Origin: Klebsiella phage KpLz-2_45
Sequence record: MN871446.1
Length of the DNA stretch: 64,000 nt
Direction: 5' to 3' (one strand)
The position numbers and the translations under genes were made by a program. This document shows, in pieces, positions 9,158-18,721 of the stretch. The notes under the pieces were generated by a model. That model ran no database searches, was not told the DNA's origin, and saw nothing but the letters and a program-made list of their open reading frames with translations. Each line of letters starts with the position of its first letter. Positions within the stretch are counted from its first letter, which is position 1.

Positions 9158-9457
9158 CTACTCATCGTACCCTTCTAATAGCGGGCTATGTCCGTTTTTA
9201 GAGATCCAAGCCTCCGCTAACTTATCAGATTTTTTCATAATCTCGGTGGCCTCGGTATAAATTTTAATATCATGATCGACATCATCTACCGGAACAGAAA
9301 AAGCGGCGGCAATGGTCTCGTCGTCTAAACCGTTTTCTCGGAACTGAATAAAGTAATGAGGTAAGTCAGTCCCGTGGTGTCTCGCGGTAAAAAGTTGATC
9401 GTATCCTTTCATCCAAAGTTGATGGATTTCCATTTCTTCCTGTTTTTCTTTTGTCAT
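9158..9457 (-). CDS. small HTH protein, paralog of 8892-9125
   Basis: 99 aa; LDDETIAAAFSVPVDDVDHDIKIY aligns with the HTH of the neighbouring gene. Confidence 0.45.
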   Translation of the reverse strand: MTKEKQEEMEIHQLWMKGYDQLFTARHHGTDLPHYFIQFRENGLDDETIAAAFSVPVDDVDHDIKIYTEATEIMKKSDKLAEAWISKNGHSPLLEGYDE

Positions 9458-9485
9458 ATTTTCACCTCTTTCTGAATTTTATACA

Positions 9486-10460
9486 TCAGTCTTCCTTACT
9501 GCTCCCGGAAACTACGCTAGTACGAATCCACTTTATTTTCAGTTGGCGATTAGGGCTATTACGAGCACCGGTCCAATAGCCGTGCCAGTGTGCCCGTCTG
9601 ATATGCGCTGCTCGCCCGGTCGTCTTCTGTCCTTTCTTTCGCTTCTCGATTTCTTCGAGGTAATCGACCCCTACCGGAAACTTACGGTGTGCGTTCAGGA
9701 ACCGTAGGCTATAGTGTTTACCCGACCGTTTCATCTGGGTAAGTCGAAAGGTATTACGGAAGTCAGCGCGGTCTTGCAACTCGTATTCCTGCGCAACAAA
9801 CAATGCCACGTTGAGTAGCTTAGTGTACGTTTCACGGTACCCGTCACGCATTAGAATATCGACAGCTTTAACCGTATCGATATTGTATTCTTTTGCAGCC
9901 CGTACAATAGTAGGGTCAGAAGCAATGACCTCCTCCAGTGTCAAACCTTCATCAAACGGGAAGAATAACGTTTGCGGGAAGCCGTTATCATTATACGGGT
10001 AAACGATCGTTAGACCCTCTTTCCCGCTCCAGTGTGTAACCGTAGAAAGGAAAATCCCTTCGATAGTCGGTTCCTCCGGGAGAGGGTGTTTGATAGGGCA
10101 CGCTGAAAGGTCGACGTACCCGGTCCAATGAGGGATAGTTTTCAAAACACTGAGCGGCAATTTACCGTTGAATTCAGAGTCCAATACATCGGGTAATAAT
10201 TCAGTAGGGATCTGATATTCAGGTTTAGTAATTTGCCAGCAATACGCCATGCTCATATGCCAAAAGATTTCACGATAATACGGGTTAGTTAAATCGATCT
10301 TATTGTTCCAGTTACGATTCTCTCCCCATATTTCGATAGGGTAGAAATACGGTGGAACCTCCCCTTTCTTTTCCGTGAGGATACGATTGAAGAAATCCTT
10401 CGCGTCCCATGCCCGTAAACGGGGTAAGAGCGTTTTCTCCACTGTCTCCAGTATTTTCAT
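9486..10460 (-). CDS. hypothetical protein
   Basis: 324-aa ORF; GAGGAG SD. Confidence 0.55.
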   Translation of the reverse strand: MKILETVEKTLLPRLRAWDAKDFFNRILTEKKGEVPPYFYPIEIWGENRNWNNKIDLTNPYYREIFWHMSMAYCWQITKPEYQIPTELLPDVLDSEFNGKLPLSVLKTIPHWTGYVDLSACPIKHPLPEEPTIEGIFLSTVTHWSGKEGLTIVYPYNDNGFPQTLFFPFDEGLTLEEVIASDPTIVRAAKEYNIDTVKAVDILMRDGYRETYTKLLNVALFVAQEYELQDRADFRNTFRLTQMKRSGKHYSLRFLNAHRKFPVGVDYLEEIEKRKKGQKTTGRAAHIRRAHWHGYWTGARNSPNRQLKIKWIRTSVVSGSSKED

Positions 10461-10724
10461 TTAGCTCTCCTCAGACTCGCGTGTTCCCAGGTTCCCGTTT
10501 CCGTTAAAGACGATTTGATAGTCTAACGTACCTTTACTGTTCAGCTCCTCTAAATGCTCAGAGACGGCCTCGTTATAGGGTTTGAGTAAGTGGTTCTTAC
10601 CCAGCGCCTCTAACGTCATGAAAATGATCAGGGTACTTTGATCAATCGGCGTAATGTTCTTATTCGTCAAGATCTCAATGACACGCGGAATATTCGCCTT
10701 GAGTTTCTCTAGGTCTTCATTCAC
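10461..10724 (-). CDS. hypothetical protein (GTG start coupled to upstream stop; track gives a TTG at 10763)
   Basis: AAGGGGA SD 6 nt before a GTG that overlaps the upstream stop. Confidence 0.45.
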   Translation of the reverse strand: MNEDLEKLKANIPRVIEILTNKNITPIDQSTLIIFMTLEALGKNHLLKPYNEAVSEHLEELNSKGTLDYQIVFNGNGNLGTRESEES

Positions 10725-11322
10725 CCGTAATCCCCTTATAAAACAATTCCATCCCTTTCTCAACGTTACTGCAAAAGACAGAGAAAAGCGCCTCTCGTAG
10801 CGATTGCGGCCGGAAGGGGTTATTGGCCTGCACGTGAACGTCGTAAACCGCTTTGTTTGCTAAACGTGCAGTGAACGTTTGTTTTGTCAATTTAAGCGTC
10901 TTGACGTCATGGCCGTAGGATTTACAGACCTTCCGTCCCTCGGTAAAGACCAACCCCATCGCACCGTGACCAACCAAAAGTTTGTCAGTCGGTACGAGTA
11001 GCGGGTGCTCTTTAGTACGGGGGCTAACAACCGTCCACCACATGTTCACAGGGATGAACCAATATGCATCTTTCGGGTTAAGATGCGTCCAGTCGCGGAT
11101 GCAGTTGTACATCTCTTCCTGCGTGGTCGGGCGGAAGTCGACCTGAACCCCGTTCATATTTTCACTGCGGTCATATTCGTAGATTTTACGACCCATCTTA
11201 ACCGAATAGACAAAAGCAATAATCGAATTATCTTGACGTAAAAGATTTTCTCTTGCCCATTTCCCGTATTCGATCTCTAACGCAATGACTTTTTCTGCAA
11301 TGCTGTTTTCCATCTCGTTCAC
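10717..11322 (-). CDS. hypothetical protein
   Basis: 201-aa ORF. Confidence 0.5.
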   Translation of the reverse strand: MNEMENSIAEKVIALEIEYGKWARENLLRQDNSIIAFVYSVKMGRKIYEYDRSENMNGVQVDFRPTTQEEMYNCIRDWTHLNPKDAYWFIPVNMWWTVVSPRTKEHPLLVPTDKLLVGHGAMGLVFTEGRKVCKSYGHDVKTLKLTKQTFTARLANKAVYDVHVQANNPFRPQSLREALFSVFCSNVEKGMELFYKGITGE

Positions 11323-11325
11323 CGA

Positions 11326-11700
11326 TTAATTAACTAATTTTTTCAGACTGACTTTCTCTAAGCCAGAGAACATTTCTGAGATTGAATTACCAAAACCTTC
11401 CCCTTTCAACTCTTTTTCAAGCGCGTGGTAAAGTTCGTCGAGCGTTTCATACTCTATTTTCGTTAATGAAGTTGAATAAGCCTTGGCCCGCGCCAAAATT
11501 TCTTCCTTGTAAACGTAAGCGAAAGCTTCGATTTTAGATAAATCGCGCACAGCAGCAACCGTAAGGGCACTGTGCAATTTCTGAGATGCTTTTGGGTTCT
11601 GTAGCGTCGCCGAGATATTCCCAACAAGAAACCCAATAACGTAGTCTGATTGTTTAAAGGCAGAGAATAATTTTTCATCGACGTTTTTCAGCGTGTTCAT
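11326..11700 (-). CDS. hypothetical protein
   Basis: 124-aa ORF. Confidence 0.5.
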   Translation of the reverse strand: MNTLKNVDEKLFSAFKQSDYVIGFLVGNISATLQNPKASQKLHSALTVAAVRDLSKIEAFAYVYKEEILARAKAYSTSLTKIEYETLDELYHALEKELKGEGFGNSISEMFSGLEKVSLKKLVN

Positions 11701-11733
11701 TTTGTTTACCTTTTGTGTTTTAAGAAAAAATAA

Positions 11734-11922
11734 TTAAATATCTAAAGTGGGGTTCCACCAAGTAGCCAGACCGTCCAGCTCTTTGACAACTTTCGCCGCC
11801 TGTCGTGCAGGAATACGATACTTTCTTGCGACTCGGCGTTTTGCGCTTTTTACCGTGGTCATACAGGTAGACAGATCGTAGGTGACCAAATTATCAATTT
11901 TCTTACGCAGTGATTCTTTCAT
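11734..11922 (-). CDS. small basic hypothetical protein
   Basis: 62-aa ORF in a gap between genes. Confidence 0.4.
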   Translation of the reverse strand: MKESLRKKIDNLVTYDLSTCMTTVKSAKRRVARKYRIPARQAAKVVKELDGLATWWNPTLDI

Positions 11923-11936
11923 TGTTTGGTTCTCTG

Positions 11937-12203
11937 TTATTGGATAATGATGGTGTTGTCGCTTTTCTTGAGGATCTGTTCACGGGTGTAGAGTTGACTA
12001 TCAAAACCCGTAGATGAGATAAAAACGCCGTTACCGAAATTGATGTAGCAGCCATCGCTATAAATGACTTCCACTTGTGAATAAAGCCGTTTCGTTAGTT
12101 TACACTGCTCTAAATCGTATTCTTTCTTTTTAGAAAGAAAATAAGGCGTTGCCAACAGCATTAGAATAACCAAACCAAGAAGAACATATGTCAATTTTTT
12201 CAT
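11937..12203 (-). CDS. small membrane-anchored protein (N-terminal TM, no lipobox Cys)
   Basis: 88 aa; MKKLTYVLLGLVILMLLATPYFL hydrophobic anchor. Confidence 0.5.
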   Translation of the reverse strand: MKKLTYVLLGLVILMLLATPYFLSKKKEYDLEQCKLTKRLYSQVEVIYSDGCYINFGNGVFISSTGFDSQLYTREQILKKSDNTIIIQ

Positions 12204-12460
12204 GCGAGTTTCTCTCTGAGTGCCATGTAAAGTAAACCGACTTGATCGGCGATGATTTTTCCTCGGCTGATGACAATCGGTTTCTGCGCTCCGTAGAACT
12301 CAATCGTTAACTTGATAAAAGGGACATCGCCAAGTATCCCTTTTATTTTACGACATTCTTCTTCCTTGCGGACGTTTCTGACATCACGAAGAAAGAAAAT
12401 GTAATTCTTATCGTTATCGTCAACAATGACTTTATTACCTACGATACTAAACTTAGGCAT
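12200..12460 (-). CDS. hypothetical protein
   Basis: 86 aa; ATGA-type coupling. Confidence 0.45.
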   Translation of the reverse strand: MPKFSIVGNKVIVDDNDKNYIFFLRDVRNVRKEEECRKIKGILGDVPFIKLTIEFYGAQKPIVISRGKIIADQVGLLYMALREKLA

Positions 12461-12794
12461 GTTTTCTTACCTTAACTAAGGGAACATTAATCGATTTAAC
12501 GTTGTTGATTTTATAGCGCTGATTAGAAACCCCAAAGGAGCGTACTCGGATTCCAGTCTCTCCGACAAAACGTAGGTGAGAAAGATCAGAGAGCAAAGTA
12601 ACAAAGTCTCTTTTGGTTATTCGGCTCCATCCCAGAATAGCAACGGCGTTTTCCCCGACCAAACTCTCGATACAGATTTGAACAGGGTGGGTGTTAGGGG
12701 CGGCCAGAGACCGCCCCTCAATGACTGATTCTAACCAATTGCTAAGAGGAGTAGATTCCTCTAACGTGGGGATACGGTATTCTTTAACTGCCAT
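12453..12794 (-). CDS. hypothetical protein (ATG start; track gives a TTG at 12806)
   Basis: ATG 11 nt before the upstream stop. Confidence 0.45.
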   Translation of the reverse strand: MAVKEYRIPTLEESTPLSNWLESVIEGRSLAAPNTHPVQICIESLVGENAVAILGWSRITKRDFVTLLSDLSHLRFVGETGIRVRSFGVSNQRYKINNVKSINVPLVKVRKHA

Positions 12795-13284
12795 AGCTGT
12801 TCTCAAAGCGGAAGAAAGAACCCTCGATGGAGACCATCACCTTGCTTTCCGCAGGGTACAATTCGTCTAAGGCATCTGCCATCACTTTCTCAATATCGAT
12901 GTCGCCCCTCACACACGGACAAATACCGCCAGTGATTTCTTTAGTGGCGGTCGAGTCAAGCGTGAGCTTCATGACAAGGTCACAGTCAGCATCGACACAC
13001 GCCATGACACTGACGTTGTCTCTTTCATAGTCCAACTGGAAGCGGTAGTTATCATTGCCTGAATTATGGATACGGAATTCCTCAGGGATTTCCCCCGTCT
13101 TGTTACATTTCTCAAGAAGCGAAAGGACAAGATTGACGTGTTCTTTGACTAAATGAACAACGTTGTTTTTCATTTTCTCTACGGCTTCTTTTTGTCCTTT
13201 AACATGGGACATAATCGCTTTGAAAGCGACGTCAGAAGAAACAAAGGTTTTTAAAACTGCAGCAGAACGAAATTCAGTGGACAT
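12784..13284 (-). CDS. hypothetical Cys-rich protein
   Basis: 166 aa; first gene after promoter motif #2. Confidence 0.5.
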   Translation of the reverse strand: MSTEFRSAAVLKTFVSSDVAFKAIMSHVKGQKEAVEKMKNNVVHLVKEHVNLVLSLLEKCNKTGEIPEEFRIHNSGNDNYRFQLDYERDNVSVMACVDADCDLVMKLTLDSTATKEITGGICPCVRGDIDIEKVMADALDELYPAESKVMVSIEGSFFRFENSYGS

Positions 13285-13340
13285 TTTTTATCTCCGTGTT
13301 AAGTACAAACTATTTAAAGACCAAGTAATTTTTGTTACCT

Positions 13341-13367
13341 TCACTCAAGTGATATAGGCTTTAAAAC
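13341..13367 (-). promoter_or_regulatory. conserved promoter-like motif copy 2 (TTCACTCAAGTGATATAGGCTTTAAAAC)
   Basis: Immediately after terminator 13376-13409 and 60 nt upstream of gene 12784-13284. Confidence 0.55.
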
Positions 13368-13375
13368 GAATCGAA

Positions 13376-13409
13376 ACAAAAAAAAAGAAAGAGGGAATGA
13401 CCCCTCTTT
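13376..13409 (-). terminator. rho-independent terminator
   Basis: GAAAGAGGG-AATGAC-CCCTCTTTC followed by T9 on the minus strand, after the AAA ATPase gene. Confidence 0.7.
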
Positions 13410-13421
13410 CTTTTATTAGCC

Positions 13422-14738
13422 TTAGTTCAGAGAACGCCCTGTTTGAACGACGACTTCGCCTTCTTTCAGGTAGATTTTCTTGCGTGGCTTACGCAGCGCC
13501 GTTGCCAGCGGGATATCGCTTTTAGGAACGACATCAAACTTCGGTAAACCCGCAGCAGCGCGGGCTTCAACAGCCTCCATCGGAGTCAGCATACGGAAGT
13601 GTAACGGCTCGCCAAGATAGTGACGGCCATCGCGCATCAGTGCTGGTTCGATTTTTGATTTGTCGGTCAGGTTAGTGGTAATAATGATTTTACGCGTGGT
13701 GGCGCTCCCTACACCATCAGTTTCGTTCAGCAATTCTGACATCATCGTGTTACCGTCAGCACGCGGACGTAAGAGGATATCCCCATCTTCCACAATCACG
13801 ATTGGGAAGGTAGGCTCTTTACGGGTTTTCGCATCGTGGCTGTTTGGCAGCGTCAGCATATTACGGGTATTTTCAAAATGCGAACGGTCTTTGAAAAGTT
13901 CATAACGCGCATTTTCACCACTGGAGATTTCAACCCTTTCCATTTTGTCGTCGCTGAACGCGAAGATCTTAGAGATGAATTCTGGGTTTTCGAGGACCTC
14001 AGTTTTCTTCGCGTAGATCGGGAAAAGGTTCAGCGCCACGCAGGCAGCGGAAATGGCGGTCGATTTCCCGGTGCCCGGTTCGCCCATGAGAATCAGAACC
14101 GATTCATCAGACTGAATAAAGTCTTCGATGAGCGCTTCCACACCGCCGTTCAGGAACGGATAGAACTCCTTCTTCGTTTCGCCGCTATGACGCATGACTC
14201 TAGGTTCAAGGTGAGTCATTTCACCCATTGGCGTTTTCCGAATAACGACTTCAGAATAATAAAATTCCTCTTTCGTTTCGTCAGTACGGTGATCGATTTT
14301 GATATTTTCTTGGATCTGAATCAACAGATCGTCGTAGATATCTTTCGCCATCATACCTTCGATAGAGAGGTTAGACCTAATGTCGCTTTGAACGCGGATA
14401 CAGGCGATCGGACGATTGTATTTATCCAGTCCGATGAACTGGTCATCGTCGTGCTGGAAGAAGCGATGTTTTTCCAGGAACGCAGTTAACCACTGCGTGG
14501 ATTCGAAGTAGTATTTATTCTGATCGAACATTCGATCGGTATCGATGTTGAAGATAGGGAGTCGATTTGCAGTCAGGAAATGACGTACCATTTTATTGAC
14601 ACGAATTTCTTCCTCGTTATTGCCTACGAAACGTGCGTAGCTCCCGTAAGCTTCGCCGAACGATTCGAAGATATCATTCAGTGATTTAATAGGTGCGTTA
14701 TCAGAGAGAGATCCAGAGAAAAAAGCGTGCTTGTCCAT
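13422..14738 (-). CDS. AAA+ ATPase (classic AAA/BCS1-like clade) with an N-terminal ~220-aa domain of unknown function
   Basis: Walker A GEPGTGKST, Walker B IVIVEDGD, LLNETDG second region of homology, PALMRDGR arginine finger; AAGGAA SD. Confidence 0.8.
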   Translation of the reverse strand: MDKHAFFSGSLSDNAPIKSLNDIFESFGEAYGSYARFVGNNEEEIRVNKMVRHFLTANRLPIFNIDTDRMFDQNKYYFESTQWLTAFLEKHRFFQHDDDQFIGLDKYNRPIACIRVQSDIRSNLSIEGMMAKDIYDDLLIQIQENIKIDHRTDETKEEFYYSEVVIRKTPMGEMTHLEPRVMRHSGETKKEFYPFLNGGVEALIEDFIQSDESVLILMGEPGTGKSTAISAACVALNLFPIYAKKTEVLENPEFISKIFAFSDDKMERVEISSGENARYELFKDRSHFENTRNMLTLPNSHDAKTRKEPTFPIVIVEDGDILLRPRADGNTMMSELLNETDGVGSATTRKIIITTNLTDKSKIEPALMRDGRHYLGEPLHFRMLTPMEAVEARAAAGLPKFDVVPKSDIPLATALRKPRKKIYLKEGEVVVQTGRSLN

Positions 14739-14780
14739 TTAAAGTTCCTTAACGTTGTTTGTATCAGGGTGGGTTTATTT

Positions 14781-14807
14781 CAATAACGTGATATAGATCT
14801 TAAAACT
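14781..14807 (-). promoter_or_regulatory. conserved promoter-like motif copy 3
   Basis: Between hairpin 14822-14845 and the AAA ATPase gene start. Confidence 0.55.
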
Positions 14808-14821
14808 TTTAGAAAACAGGA

Positions 14822-14845
14822 GAGAGGAGGCGTTTGCCTCCTCTC
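14822..14845 (-). terminator. terminator-like hairpin
   Basis: GAGAGGAGGC-GTTT-GCCTCCTCTC, T-rich downstream. Confidence 0.5.
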
Positions 14846-14847
14846 GA

Positions 14848-15201
14848 TTAATGAAACCAGTCGTAGCTGATCAGTCCGAGATGAACAGAGCACCAAACGA
14901 TAAAATAAAAGGTCAATAACACCGCCGCTACTAATACCTCCGGTTCCTTCTTAAATTGATAACGCTTAAAAAGGTAACCCGGATAGAATATTAGCCACCA
15001 GTAACTGGGCGATTGATCATTTTTCCCGGTACTTAATTGGAATTTATCCAGGAAGATCGAGAAGAACAACCAGACGATATAAAGGAAACTGATTACCCAA
15101 AGGTTATCAAACGGGAACGAATGATTTTCTGACTGGGAAAAGCAAATCGAGTAATAGCCGAAGGTAAGTAGATAACCGATTAACCACCACGCTATTTTCA
15201 T
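14848..15201 (-). CDS. small polytopic membrane protein
   Basis: 117 aa, 3-4 hydrophobic segments. Confidence 0.5.
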   Translation of the reverse strand: MKIAWWLIGYLLTFGYYSICFSQSENHSFPFDNLWVISFLYIVWLFFSIFLDKFQLSTGKNDQSPSYWWLIFYPGYLFKRYQFKKEPEVLVAAVLLTFYFIVWCSVHLGLISYDWFH

Positions 15202-15665
15202 TGTAGCATATCCGTACTGTAGGTTGAGATTAGAGCCTTGAGCTGTTTAAGGTTATATTTTCCTTTTAATTCCTCCCATGGGCCGTCTTTAAAAAACTGC
15301 ATTTCAATGCTACGACAGTCAACATAACTAGAATAACCTTCTACTTTAATAACTAGTCGTAAACCGACCAACCGGCTAGGGGGTACTTTGGGTAACTTCA
15401 GCGGGATATGAATACTGAAATTATTCTTTCGCATAATCCCTTGGTTATTGGAATCGGGAATACGGTAGACTTTAGCCGAACTCCACGGATCGACGTAATT
15501 GGCTTTGGTAATATCGTTAACGTCGAAAAGAGAATACGCGGTGCGCTCTAGCGCCTGCAAGTAAAGATCAGTCCTTAGCCAAGGAAGATCTAAATCGTAG
15601 ATGTCTTTTAAAGACCGACTAAGCGGAGTGTTGAGTTTAAATTCCATTGCGTTTTCTTTTACCAT
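15198..15665 (-). CDS. hypothetical protein
   Basis: 155 aa; ATGA coupling. Confidence 0.5.
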   Translation of the reverse strand: MVKENAMEFKLNTPLSRSLKDIYDLDLPWLRTDLYLQALERTAYSLFDVNDITKANYVDPWSSAKVYRIPDSNNQGIMRKNNFSIHIPLKLPKVPPSRLVGLRLVIKVEGYSSYVDCRSIEMQFFKDGPWEELKGKYNLKQLKALISTYSTDMLQ

Positions 15666-15967
15666 TAAAAGATGAGTCTGATTTCAAAACGCACAGGTAT
15701 TTTCAAGTGCTTCAATTTTGCTCTTGCTTTTCCTGAACAGGCGACTTCAAGCACCAGTTTCTCTGGTAAGTGGTAATCGAACTTGTTCAGATACTCGATA
15801 CGTTTCTTGATAGACTCGATTGCAGTATTAATCAAGAACGGCGACCCTGTCGGTTTCCCGTCTAACGTGAAATAACCTTTAAGCGGGAGAATACCGAACA
15901 AGGAATTAATAGAGGCTGCCCATTCGGGCAGCCCTTCTATCGCGCGATAATACGGAAGTTGTTTCAT
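15665..15967 (-). CDS. hypothetical protein (ATG start overlapping upstream TGA)
   Basis: ATGA overlap; track start at 15970 is a GTG one codon earlier. Confidence 0.45.
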   Translation of the reverse strand: MKQLPYYRAIEGLPEWAASINSLFGILPLKGYFTLDGKPTGSPFLINTAIESIKKRIEYLNKFDYHLPEKLVLEVACSGKARAKLKHLKIPVRFEIRLIF

Positions 15968-17295
15968 CACTTACCTTTCATCACCAATGTGCACGATTGC
16001 CAGATACCGCGTTCCCAAGCCGCAATCTGGGCGTTCTGTAAAAGTACGACCTGATCAGAAAGGTCGCCGTTTTTAGGAACGACTTCATTAGCAGGAATAG
16101 TCATACGCAGCTCTTCCCCTTCGAAGTAGACCTCTGTAATAGCATCCGCACTGAGATTCTCTTCGACGTTGAGCATAATCCATTGATCTGCTTTACGTAC
16201 TTCATTCTCAGCCATGATATCCGCGTATTGAGTAATCAGTTTACGATTACGCACTGTCTCCTCAGAACTCGATACACGCCCGCTGTGGATGGTCCAGAAT
16301 TCTCCACCAAAATGCGCATAGCCGCTCTTCTTAACGTCCCCGTCTTTAAGCCCAGCAGAGCCAAATAAACGGATAGCCGGAGAGGCCATCAGGCCACGCC
16401 AACGTAACGCGTCGCGTACTAACTCGTTGTGCTCATCGATGGTATTAGCGCCATTAGTGAAAGTCTCTTTAAAACCGAGGTTTTTAATTTCATCGGTGCT
16501 CGGGGTTTTTAGTGTAACTGATGCCCCGGATGCGGGTAACTCAATATTTACTTTTTTCGCTAATTCACCGCGGATAAAAGCCTGAAGTTCATCAGACGTT
16601 TCAGTGACGGGGATAGCGAAACGATCGTTGACGTCAGGGACTGGTTTCAGGTTAAAACCGAGCAGGTTGTTCCGGCCATTACGGAAGGTGATCAACACGG
16701 TACTGTTGTCGTTCTGGACGCGGACGTCATTGATAGGGCCGTTATAATCGGAACCGCTTAGAGTTTCATACAGCGCCCGGATTTCCGTTTCAACATCTTC
16801 GCTAAACTGCGCTTTCGGGTAAGGTTTAGTCATCCCCGGTTCCTGAAGTCCAAAATCCCATTCGATTATCTCGTGAATCTCTCGCCTTGGTTTGTTGGGT
16901 TCAATAACCGATTGACGACGAAGCTCAGTCAGCTCTTGCGCCATACGGCGGACTTCGTACATGAATACCGTACAGCCGTCAGGTTGAGTAGGAAGAGTTT
17001 GATAATATTCGATACGATTCAGCGGGATGCGATCTTGCTTGTCCATTTCAACCTCGGTCAGTTTGTCTAATAAAGTGATTTCGTTGTAAGCGCCAAATAC
17101 GGTATCTAAGCCATATTTGTACTCATGAATTTGTTCGATGGGTAATTTACCGTAAAAGATATAATCGATACCGTTACACGGTTCGCAAATAACCCCGCCG
17201 AGTGCTTCAATACGCTTAGTATACTGTTCACGGCTGAACCGACTAAACTCACCCACTAATGCAATGTGCATTTTATCCAGAGTATCACCTGACAT
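15967..17295 (-). CDS. hypothetical protein with N-terminal BRCT-like domain
   Basis: 442 aa; IALVGEFSRFSREQYTKRIEALGGVICEPCNGIDYIFYGK fits the BRCT pattern seen in NAD-ligase C-termini. Rest unknown. Confidence 0.55.
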   Translation of the reverse strand: MSGDTLDKMHIALVGEFSRFSREQYTKRIEALGGVICEPCNGIDYIFYGKLPIEQIHEYKYGLDTVFGAYNEITLLDKLTEVEMDKQDRIPLNRIEYYQTLPTQPDGCTVFMYEVRRMAQELTELRRQSVIEPNKPRREIHEIIEWDFGLQEPGMTKPYPKAQFSEDVETEIRALYETLSGSDYNGPINDVRVQNDNSTVLITFRNGRNNLLGFNLKPVPDVNDRFAIPVTETSDELQAFIRGELAKKVNIELPASGASVTLKTPSTDEIKNLGFKETFTNGANTIDEHNELVRDALRWRGLMASPAIRLFGSAGLKDGDVKKSGYAHFGGEFWTIHSGRVSSSEETVRNRKLITQYADIMAENEVRKADQWIMLNVEENLSADAITEVYFEGEELRMTIPANEVVPKNGDLSDQVVLLQNAQIAAWERGIWQSCTLVMKGK

Positions 17296-17314
17296 TCGTT
17301 ACCTCTTTAATTAG

Positions 17315-17878
17315 TTAAAACCAATCTTCAATAGCGCGTTCTAAGTCGTTTACACTACTGCTCAACCACTGACTCTCGTCTGTCCACTCTACCCAAGGGT
17401 GAACGACGTCAAGTAGACTACAGTCTTTCCTGACTTTGATAACACTGAGATCATGGTTGGCGACGATTTCGTGTTGGGGTAGGGAGAAATAGATCAGCCC
17501 GGTTTGTGACGACTCGTCCCAGTATGTCCCCGTACTACACGGAAGTTTACAACCTTCCTCATTCAGTCCAGAAATCCCATTCTCCCAGAAGGTTTTCACC
17601 CAAGGACCGCTTTCATCTAAGTCCCGCATTGCCCTATCGGCAAAATCATCAAAAGAAAATTGCCAGCGGTCTAAGCAACGTCCTACTTTCTCGAGAAATA
17701 CTTTACGGGTAAGGGGTTCTTCGGCAAAGGTAGGGCTATTGAAAAGCGGTTCGTCTTTCCGATTCATCTGTTCACGGATTGTCCCGGTGAGATCCCAACG
17801 TTCTGTGCTGTCAGACAACACTGTCAAGATCTCGTCTACGAGTTCACGAGTCAATACAACAACTTTATCATTCGGCAT
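17315..17878 (-). CDS. hypothetical protein
   Basis: 187 aa; AGGAAGGAAA SD. Confidence 0.5.
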   Translation of the reverse strand: MPNDKVVVLTRELVDEILTVLSDSTERWDLTGTIREQMNRKDEPLFNSPTFAEEPLTRKVFLEKVGRCLDRWQFSFDDFADRAMRDLDESGPWVKTFWENGISGLNEEGCKLPCSTGTYWDESSQTGLIYFSLPQHEIVANHDLSVIKVRKDCSLLDVVHPWVEWTDESQWLSSSVNDLERAIEDWF

Positions 17879-18380
17879 TTCGCAATTTCCTTCCTATCAA
17901 TTCTATTTCATCCAACAAGGGTTTCAACGTATAAAGACCCTCGATCGCTTCTAGTGGGTTATCCGCCCGTAATCGAGACACGGTTTCGCGGTGACGTTCA
18001 AACCACTCAGCGTCGGTCTCAGGAACTTCTAGTATCTCCCACCACCTCGCTTCCGATTTCTTTTTCTTCCCGAAACGTTTTCCTTCGTGAAGTTGAACCT
18101 CTTGAACAACAAACCGGCCTCTTCCGGTGGTGATCTCTTCAGGTTCACCAATAGGGGAATACTCTTCAGTAATACTCCCTACCCATTTCTCTTTGAAGTT
18201 TATTTCCCAACGGCATTTACTCCCCCAGGCAAAATAAATCCCCGTGGTTTCGATCAGTAAGACTTTACCGTTTTCGGATGCGAATGAGGCCGCCGGAGAA
18301 ATTCCACGACGGTAAAGCGTTCGATTACCAACAATTAACATTTTACCGTGTTCGCTAGAGACGAAAGAGGCCAGAATCAT
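17868..18380 (-). CDS. hypothetical protein (TAATG-coupled ATG; track extends to 18404)
   Basis: GAGGAAAA SD before the ATG at 18380. Confidence 0.5.
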   Translation of the reverse strand: MILASFVSSEHGKMLIVGNRTLYRRGISPAASFASENGKVLLIETTGIYFAWGSKCRWEINFKEKWVGSITEEYSPIGEPEEITTGRGRFVVQEVQLHEGKRFGKKKKSEARWWEILEVPETDAEWFERHRETVSRLRADNPLEAIEGLYTLKPLLDEIELIGRKLRNAE

Positions 18381-18625
18381 TATTTCATTTTCCTCAGGTT
18401 CCATTGCACGATAATTTCTTCGTATTTCTCAATGGCCGTTTCTTGGTCATGAAATACCAACCAACCCATCTTGCTTGGGTTAGACGTATAGAGCAGCCCA
18501 ATTGAAGGTTTAGCGCCGCCCCAGTTTGTATTGAGTTTTGAAATAGGCGGAGTAACATGTACCAATTCGCCAAAGTCAATGACATGATCGTTGATAATAA
18601 CACTTTTAATTTCTTCGTCGGTCAC
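18380..18625 (-). CDS. hypothetical protein
   Basis: 81 aa; first gene after promoter motif #4. Confidence 0.4.
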   Translation of the reverse strand: MTDEEIKSVIINDHVIDFGELVHVTPPISKLNTNWGGAKPSIGLLYTSNPSKMGWLVFHDQETAIEKYEEIIVQWNLRKMK

Positions 18626-18662
18626 GGTAGGAACTCCTTATAAACGATTTTGTTTACGTTCT

Positions 18663-18689
18663 TTCACTAGGGTGATATAGGTGTGAAAC
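18663..18689 (-). promoter_or_regulatory. conserved promoter-like motif copy 4
   Basis: After hairpin 18683-18705, upstream of gene 18380-18625. Confidence 0.55.
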
Positions 18690-18721
18690 AGGGTCGAGTT
18701 GACCCTGTTCCCATAGTACGT

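Noticed and set aside
13836-14489. 217-aa plus-strand ORF
   Set aside because: Entirely antisense to the AAA ATPase gene, which has clear Walker motifs. It has no RBS and a Phe/Arg-rich composition, and is a shadow ORF. Other long plus-strand ORFs (3557-4189, 4520-4987, 38782-39213, 43097-43486, 45005-45343) were rejected for the same reason.
15967-17295. RNA/DNA ligase (KxDG) partner for Tpt1
   Set aside because: The LKDGD in this protein and the LKEDGW in 26953-27366 do not fit nucleotidyltransferase motif I spacing or context. No 2H (HxT/S) CPDase pair or PNK P-loop was found in the unknown ORFs. I did not call any ligase or kinase.
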